A stretch of 64,000 nt of DNA from Planctomycetota bacterium (GTDB lineage: Bacteria > Planctomycetota > JAJSAM01 > JAJVHW01): positions 992,001 through 1,056,000 of the forward strand of contig CBDFJG010000004.1 in the NCBI GenBank assembly GCA_965248445.1, given 5' to 3'. The position numbers were made by a program, and so were the translations under genes. A model generated the notes under the pieces. It worked only from the letters and a program-made list of their open reading frames with translations. It did not search any database and was not told the DNA's origin. Below are positions 59,301 through 64,000 of the stretch, piece after piece (within the stretch, counting starts at the first letter, position 1; each line of letters opens with the position of its first letter).

Positions 59301-62300
59301 AGAGGAGGTCGACGACCGCAACCCGTGGGCAGCGTGGTACGCAAAGAACGTCGATGCGTTCGACGAGCACTTCGATAGTGCCGCGGCGGGTCTCCTCGCG
59401 ACGCTTCCGGATGACGCTGCGGGTCTCGCACTCGCCGCCGCGGCCGCGACCGACGTGCGTGCGGACCTCGCGCGGCTGGCGGCGGAGGCGCCGGACGACG
59501 CCGAGGCGGAGATCACGCTGGACACCTACCCGCGAGTCCGCGACCGGGCTGCGTTCGTGCGCCGCGTCGCCACGGCTTGCGGTGATCCCGCCGTGGCGGA
59601 CGACCTCGACCTCGCCCTGCTCGCCGCGCTCCGGGATGACGAGAAGCTGCTCGAGACGCTTTGCCGCGGGCGCTTGGAACAGGGACTGATCGCATCTGCG
59701 CGAAGGCTCGTGAAGGAGAGCGTGCAGCCCGAGGAGCGCAAGGCGGCGCTGCGATACCTCGTCGGCCTGGGGTCTTCCGAGGCGGCGCCCGGACGCGTGC
59801 CGGTGAAGGAGGCGGTGGGCCTCCTCCTGCCGCTGCTCCGCGACGGCAAGACCGATCAGCTCGTGACGCTCCTCCGGCAGGTCGACATCGACGCAGCTGG
59901 GAAGGACGAACTCGATGCGTTCGCTCCGCTTCTCTGGACGTCCATCCTGCTGGAGGACGTCGACCTGACGCTGCGCATGGGACGCCGCTGGGTGCGCGTC
60001 GCCGCCAAGCATGCGCCGCAACACGAGGTCACGGGCATCGTCGACCTGATCCTCTCGCGCACGAGCCGCCTCCTGAACACGGCGCAGCACCGCAGCCTGG
60101 CCGATGCGCTCATCACGCATATCGCCGACGATCCCGAGAAGAACAGCGGTCTTGTGTCCGCGCTTCCGGGGATCCAGGAGCGCTTCGAGGAACCTCTGCT
60201 CACGACCGAGCAGGCACTCGAGTTCATCGCGGCGATGGCTGAGAAGCGCTCTTGGGGCATGGGCGCCGTGCTGAGTCTGATCGAGGAGAACGAGGCGCTG
60301 AGCGCACTGCGCACGGCGGTCGACAAGACTCCGGAGAACCAGCGCGCGGTGGTGATGCCGCAGCTCATCGGCGGACTGGAAATCGCCGCCGACGAAGACC
60401 TCGCCGCGTTCGCCGTCGCCACGTTCGAGAGGTCGCTCGACGACGTGCAGGACGAGTGGTACCTGCGCTACCTGCTGCAGAACTCGCCGGTACAGAACGG
60501 CGAGAACCTACCTATCTTCCTGCGGTTCGCGGAGGTGCTGGTGGAGAAGAAGCCCGAGATCGAGCAGAACTCGGTCGCGCTCGCGCAGACGCTCCACGCG
60601 CTCGGTAGGACGGACGAGGCGCTCGACATCGCGGCGGAGCAATACCGGAAGCTCGCCCGCGCCGGCACCCAGGACTGGCAGAAGAACAGCGCCCGCAGCA
60701 TGCTCACGATGACGTTCCTGCCGGATCACCGCGATCGCTTCGAAGCGGTGCTCGACGACATGGAAGAGCAGGAGGGCAAGGACGCGATCCTGGCGCTCCG
60801 CCGGATCGAGCTGTTCCAGAGCGGCGCGACCCGGCTGCAGATGCTCGATGCGCTGCGGACTGCGCACGAGAAGCACCCGAAGGACGAGCAGATCCGAACC
60901 CGCTATGTCCAGCAGCTCCGGTCGGTCGGACGGCGTCGCCACGTGATCGGTGTTCTGGGCGCGGCACTCGAGAGAGAGCCGTCCAATCGCCAGCTCGAAC
61001 AGCAGATCGTGAGTGAGTGGCGGAGCATGGATCACCCGGTCAAGGCGCTTGCCGAGCAGGAGCGTTTCGCTGCGGCGCACGCCGACGGTGACGAGGACGA
61101 GCTCGCGCCCCGCGGCCCCGACGAACGGGCTCCGCTGCCGACGATCTCCGAGATGAAGAAGGCGCTCGAGGCAGGCGACGAGGAGACCGTCCGCACGATC
61201 TACCGCCGCATGTGGCGCCAGTTCGGGACGAACTCGCGTTTCATCTCCATGTACCGGACCAACCGCATCGAGAACATGTGGTGGCCCGTGGCGCGGACGC
61301 AGGACGGCCCTCCACCGAGGGGCGGGCTGGAGGGATTCGACGACCTGCGTGAGACCGAGCCGTTCGTGCGCACATCCGCGCACGACGTGTTGGCAGAGCA
61401 CGAGTTCGGCCGCGACGAGCTGCGTCGCATCGTGCGCACGCTCGAGGGACGCGATGTCGACACGGTCCCATCGGTGCACAAGGCCCTGGTCACCTCGAGC
61501 GCAAAGGGTGACACCGCGGGCGCGGTGGCGCGGCTCGTCAACCTGGTCCGTTCGGGCAAGGGCGGACGCATCGAGAACGCGCTGCTTCTCGAGCTGCTGG
61601 CCGAGCACCCCGAGTCCGCCGGCGCGGACGCACGCGAGGTTCTCGATGAGCTGACTGCGAACGTTTCACCTGACGACGGTGCAGCGATTCGGCGCCTTGC
61701 GCGCATCCACGCCAAGCTGGGCGATGCCGGCGGCGCGAAGCGGCTCTACCGTTACTGCGCGCACCTCTCGACGGCCGGATACTCGTGGGGCGTGCAACGC
61801 TACGTCCCGATCCAGGCGCGCGAACTCGTCGACGACGTGCTGGAAAACGTCACGGGCGAGGCGCTGGCCGAGGTCCTGGACACGCTCATGCGCACGGCCG
61901 ATCCGGGACCGAAGCACTGGGGGCGCGACGGCTTCGAGATGCTCGTTCTCGACACTTGGGAGAAGGCGTTCGACGCGGACACGGCGCTGCGGCGAGGTGC
62001 CCACATCGTCGAGAACGTGCGCGACACAGAACACGCGTACAAGCGGGGCACCGCCCGTGCCGCGGCTTACCTCCTGGCGCGCGCCGGGCGCACCGACGAG
62101 GCGATGGCGTGCCTCGAATTCGCCATCTGCCGTCCGGAGGAGACCGCCGAGTCGCTGACGCTCCCGGCGTGGGAGCGTCAGCGGCGGTTCATGGGCATCA
62201 CGCTGAACACCAACGACGTCCGCCGCATGTTCCCGGCTCCCGGCGGCGACTGGCAGCCGTCACCGGCGTGGCTCTCGCGATCTGCGGACGCACTCGCCCA

Positions 62301-62763
62301 GTGGATCGGCGAAGAGCGCACGGAGAGAGACCGGATGTTCACCGGTCTGGTCGTCATGTCGGCGCGCCTGCACGCGGCCGGCGACTCGGCGCGCGCAGCG
62401 AAGCTGGCAACTCTGGCTGCCGAGACCGCGGAAGGCGACGGCAATCGCTCTCTCTGGATGGTCGATTTGCATCGTCGCCGGGGGGACGAAGCGAGTGCCC
62501 GGAAGCTCGAGGACGGATTGGTCTCCGGCGGCGGGCTCTACGTGCACCGGCTCGCTGGAATCCTCGACCGCGTGGCGCAGGAGGAAGGCGTCGATACCGC
62601 ACTCGAGCGGGCCGACTCGATTCTCGAGTGGAGCGGCAACAAGACCGTTCGCGAGGCCATCCAGGAACTCGCGCGAAAGGCCGGCCGGGACGAGCACGTC
62701 TTGCGGCTGGAGGCGCAGGCCACGGAGTACGAGAGCGCCAAGAAAGCGCTCGAAGCCAAGTAG
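56338..62763 (+). CDS. Giant (2141 aa) exported TPR/alpha-solenoid protein
   Basis: GTGA overlap; signal peptide ending AMARA; many TPR-like motifs (QLSDAFEQLGRLDRAVEVIEK, LLGKTLKELGQQERAVGMF). Confidence 0.85.
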   Translation: MRGARAVLLALALAVPAMARAADAEKPELDASVHAALAAAREDPTSAAAIAGLVDACVTAHGDVGPLVDELTRLLGDESIASGDRKSTELVQLDVLHRRGDIRQARKLADQMIKEDDDPALALRRARLLDALGRGKLAKTAYEEVLPRLTDDEQITTVRLRLALLNREELGGGASSGTRRSGMMIIMSSGGSVRGGANKRLSRPPPESGAALAEFADRDGLDVALRNRAAAVLGMLGHPDRAADLLVPTGDARNRFRQAIRRAEWAVSARSWDRAKELAWAALDAARFRRDRVYALSVLVEAHRGGGALQELVDRFAAMETVKDDVRRTWIDALREIGNVKEALRLFRQSTGGSFTAPMRRELLELCRQSGDDAVLRDAYDELVDAEPARVEWREGLARFHLERGDREAAAAAFRDRAPDPEDATYRLAAAGATSSLGLHDLAMELLERCVEDGDGRYEALIFQSDLHRRRGDFKESEAALDRMDEMAPPDEAARMQLSDAFEQLGRLDRAVEVIEKVVESRGADSAGEDLSMRLAWLHSELGNEEDALVAWRELWERVDSIARRRYVEDRLMTVASRLGTLADIVVELEERLAAGDADPRASGLLIRIYTRVADAVSAAEVIDEFMKLTGGDEIKALNEKSFVYLACTDYRNYEATIEELLERDPENTGEYLQQLAMSKLERGRLDQARGVLERLRKVEDPGVGAEFEAGVLAMAGLRKEAAHAYRRAVVGRPDHIDVYLLLGKTLKELGQQERAVGMFQYLVEHAERDDLFTIAVDGLLNLEAPPHVLKWARRVTYERLASRHDKTYLYQLVADLSEELNDFDSMIRAHAASLPIAGERRTSLLRELMDLCGQQNYQSLRLRYGRRLLGTDEVVPPQVYLDLGEAFLGAGDAAGAAKTFARAADLPDQGGFQRKVADSFQRRRYLTRALDVYRRVLVGEADDVAVLVKVAELCEQLGTDEEAHDTWGRIVDLLLRRRPLSVVKGKEEEVDDRNPWAAWYAKNVDAFDEHFDSAAAGLLATLPDDAAGLALAAAAATDVRADLARLAAEAPDDAEAEITLDTYPRVRDRAAFVRRVATACGDPAVADDLDLALLAALRDDEKLLETLCRGRLEQGLIASARRLVKESVQPEERKAALRYLVGLGSSEAAPGRVPVKEAVGLLLPLLRDGKTDQLVTLLRQVDIDAAGKDELDAFAPLLWTSILLEDVDLTLRMGRRWVRVAAKHAPQHEVTGIVDLILSRTSRLLNTAQHRSLADALITHIADDPEKNSGLVSALPGIQERFEEPLLTTEQALEFIAAMAEKRSWGMGAVLSLIEENEALSALRTAVDKTPENQRAVVMPQLIGGLEIAADEDLAAFAVATFERSLDDVQDEWYLRYLLQNSPVQNGENLPIFLRFAEVLVEKKPEIEQNSVALAQTLHALGRTDEALDIAAEQYRKLARAGTQDWQKNSARSMLTMTFLPDHRDRFEAVLDDMEEQEGKDAILALRRIELFQSGATRLQMLDALRTAHEKHPKDEQIRTRYVQQLRSVGRRRHVIGVLGAALEREPSNRQLEQQIVSEWRSMDHPVKALAEQERFAAAHADGDEDELAPRGPDERAPLPTISEMKKALEAGDEETVRTIYRRMWRQFGTNSRFISMYRTNRIENMWWPVARTQDGPPPRGGLEGFDDLRETEPFVRTSAHDVLAEHEFGRDELRRIVRTLEGRDVDTVPSVHKALVTSSAKGDTAGAVARLVNLVRSGKGGRIENALLLELLAEHPESAGADAREVLDELTANVSPDDGAAIRRLARIHAKLGDAGGAKRLYRYCAHLSTAGYSWGVQRYVPIQARELVDDVLENVTGEALAEVLDTLMRTADPGPKHWGRDGFEMLVLDTWEKAFDADTALRRGAHIVENVRDTEHAYKRGTARAAAYLLARAGRTDEAMACLEFAICRPEETAESLTLPAWERQRRFMGITLNTNDVRRMFPAPGGDWQPSPAWLSRSADALAQWIGEERTERDRMFTGLVVMSARLHAAGDSARAAKLATLAAETAEGDGNRSLWMVDLHRRRGDEASARKLEDGLVSGGGLYVHRLAGILDRVAQEEGVDTALERADSILEWSGNKTVREAIQELARKAGRDEHVLRLEAQATEYESAKKALEAK

Positions 62764-62785
62764 GGGCGGGGTTCCACCCCCGCCC
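62760..62785 (+). repeat. GTAG-type REP-like palindrome
   Basis: GTAG followed by GGGCGGGG-TTCCAC-CCCCGCCC, overlapping the TPR stop codon. Confidence 0.5.
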
Positions 62786-62910
62786 GTGCATCGTGCGCGC
62801 CAGCCCACCGGTTGACAGAGCGCCCTCGACTAGCCGCTGCGCTCAACGTGAGGGCCGACCGGGTGGCGCGTGAACATGAAGATCACGTTCGTCCTCGACT
62901 AGCCCGGACA

Positions 62911-64000
62911 GGGGATCCCCTCTTCACTCAGGTCAGGCTGCGGCGGCGAGTGGCGTGCGCGCATCGGTTCGCCCAACGATCTCCCAGTGGAAGGGAGGGC
63001 ATCGCCGCACGGCGCAGGCGAGTAGTCGTTGGAACAGCAGTCCACGTCGCTTCGATGTGCGTCGGTTGAACCGGAACTCGAACTCCGCCAGGTAGCTGGG
63101 GAGGTACTTGCGTCGCACGCCGCCCTGGAACGTGCCCAAGAGCACGCGATGGAGCAGCGAGAAGACGCGGTGGATCGCAGGTAGCACAACGTGTGCCTCG
63201 TCGTCGGACTTCGACACGTTGGTCGGTCGATGGTCGTGCTCCAAGTCGTCAGCCGGCTTTCGATAGCTACGCCAGTCGTCGGTGAACAGCACTGAGCGTG
63301 CGGCGACGTGCTGCTCGAGGAACGCCTTGACCGTGTCAGCCGAACCATCGGCGATGGATTCGAGACGGATGCGACCGATGAGGGCGTGACGCGGTGAGAT
63401 CTCGACGGCTCCCATGACCAGCGCGCTGCGGTCGCCGACCTTGGGACGCCCCGGCCGGCCATGTCGCAGTCCGCCTTCCCAGGTCTCGTCGATCTCGAGG
63501 TGTCCGCGCAGCGGCGCGGTGGATCGCATCGCGATGGCGTTTCGCAACTTGTGCAGCCATGTCCAAGCGGTCTGGTACTTGGCCAGTCCAAGCTCGCGCT
63601 GCAGCTCGAGTGCGGAGATGCCTCGCTTGCTCGACACGAACAGATACATGGCCAGGAACCACAGCCGTAGCGGCTTGCGAGACCCGTGCATGACGGTGCC
63701 GGCGGTGAGCGAAACCTGCTTGTGGCAGGCACAACACTCGTCGAGCCGGCGTGACGGCAGGAACCACGCCTCCTCGCCGCCGCACGCTGGACAGCGGAAG
63801 CCGCCCTCGCCGTACTTCCACCGGCGCAGCAGGGCTGCACACCGATCTTCGTCGGAGAACCTCACGACAAACTCGGCGAGTGTGCCCGGCAGCGAGTCGT
63901 CGCGCGCAAAGGGGATCATGGCACCGGTCATCACACCTCCTTGTAAGTGCGATGTTAGTCACCCGATCGGGCGCTCAACCTGAGCGAAGGGGGGAGCCCC
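62911..64000 (-). mobile_element. IS1595-family insertion sequence (ISSod11-like group)
   Basis: 23-bp imperfect terminal inverted repeats at 62911-62933 and 63978-64000 (20 of 23 match) flank a single transposase gene. Confidence 0.88.
62933..63931 (-). CDS. IS1595-family transposase
   Basis: AAGGAGG RBS; Zn ribbon CPACG...CCAC; GISALELQRELG...YQTAW; EIDET; FTDD; YLAEFEFRFNRR. Confidence 0.95.
   Translation of the reverse strand: MTGAMIPFARDDSLPGTLAEFVVRFSDEDRCAALLRRWKYGEGGFRCPACGGEEAWFLPSRRLDECCACHKQVSLTAGTVMHGSRKPLRLWFLAMYLFVSSKRGISALELQRELGLAKYQTAWTWLHKLRNAIAMRSTAPLRGHLEIDETWEGGLRHGRPGRPKVGDRSALVMGAVEISPRHALIGRIRLESIADGSADTVKAFLEQHVAARSVLFTDDWRSYRKPADDLEHDHRPTNVSKSDDEAHVVLPAIHRVFSLLHRVLLGTFQGGVRRKYLPSYLAEFEFRFNRRTSKRRGLLFQRLLACAVRRCPPFHWEIVGRTDARTPLAAAA

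Noticed and set aside
56287..60120. 1277-aa minus-strand ORF
   Set aside because: Antisense to the giant TPR gene with no motifs; long shadow ORFs are expected at this GC content.

Overview
High-GC bacterial chromosome segment. The gene repertoire (exported TPR/HEAT/VWA proteins, MoxR operon, Ser/Thr kinases) suggests Planctomycetota or a similar lineage; this is inference only. Left to right it holds: a partial Ser/Thr kinase-STAND ATPase-TPR gene missing from the ORF track; an FG-GAP adhesin-like gene followed by an orphan, extended secretin; tRNA-Arg(CCT) with a duplicated 3' end; a three-gene Sdh1/type-F-like succinate dehydrogenase; a divergent active/degenerate gluzincin-like pair; a heterodimeric ABC exporter; tandem Cache-sensor Ser/Thr kinase and hybrid histidine kinase genes; a junction near 34530 that truncates two convergent genes; a lipid-carrier amino-sugar glycosylation cluster; a 16-kb translationally coupled seven-gene MoxR/DUF58/BatA/VWA operon bracketed by a pseudo-enzyme fusion protein and a 2141-aa exported TPR protein; and an IS1595-family element reaching the window end. 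The best candidates for undescribed systems are the MoxR operon and the secretin/FG-GAP pair. All family calls come from motif recognition by eye, with no database search.
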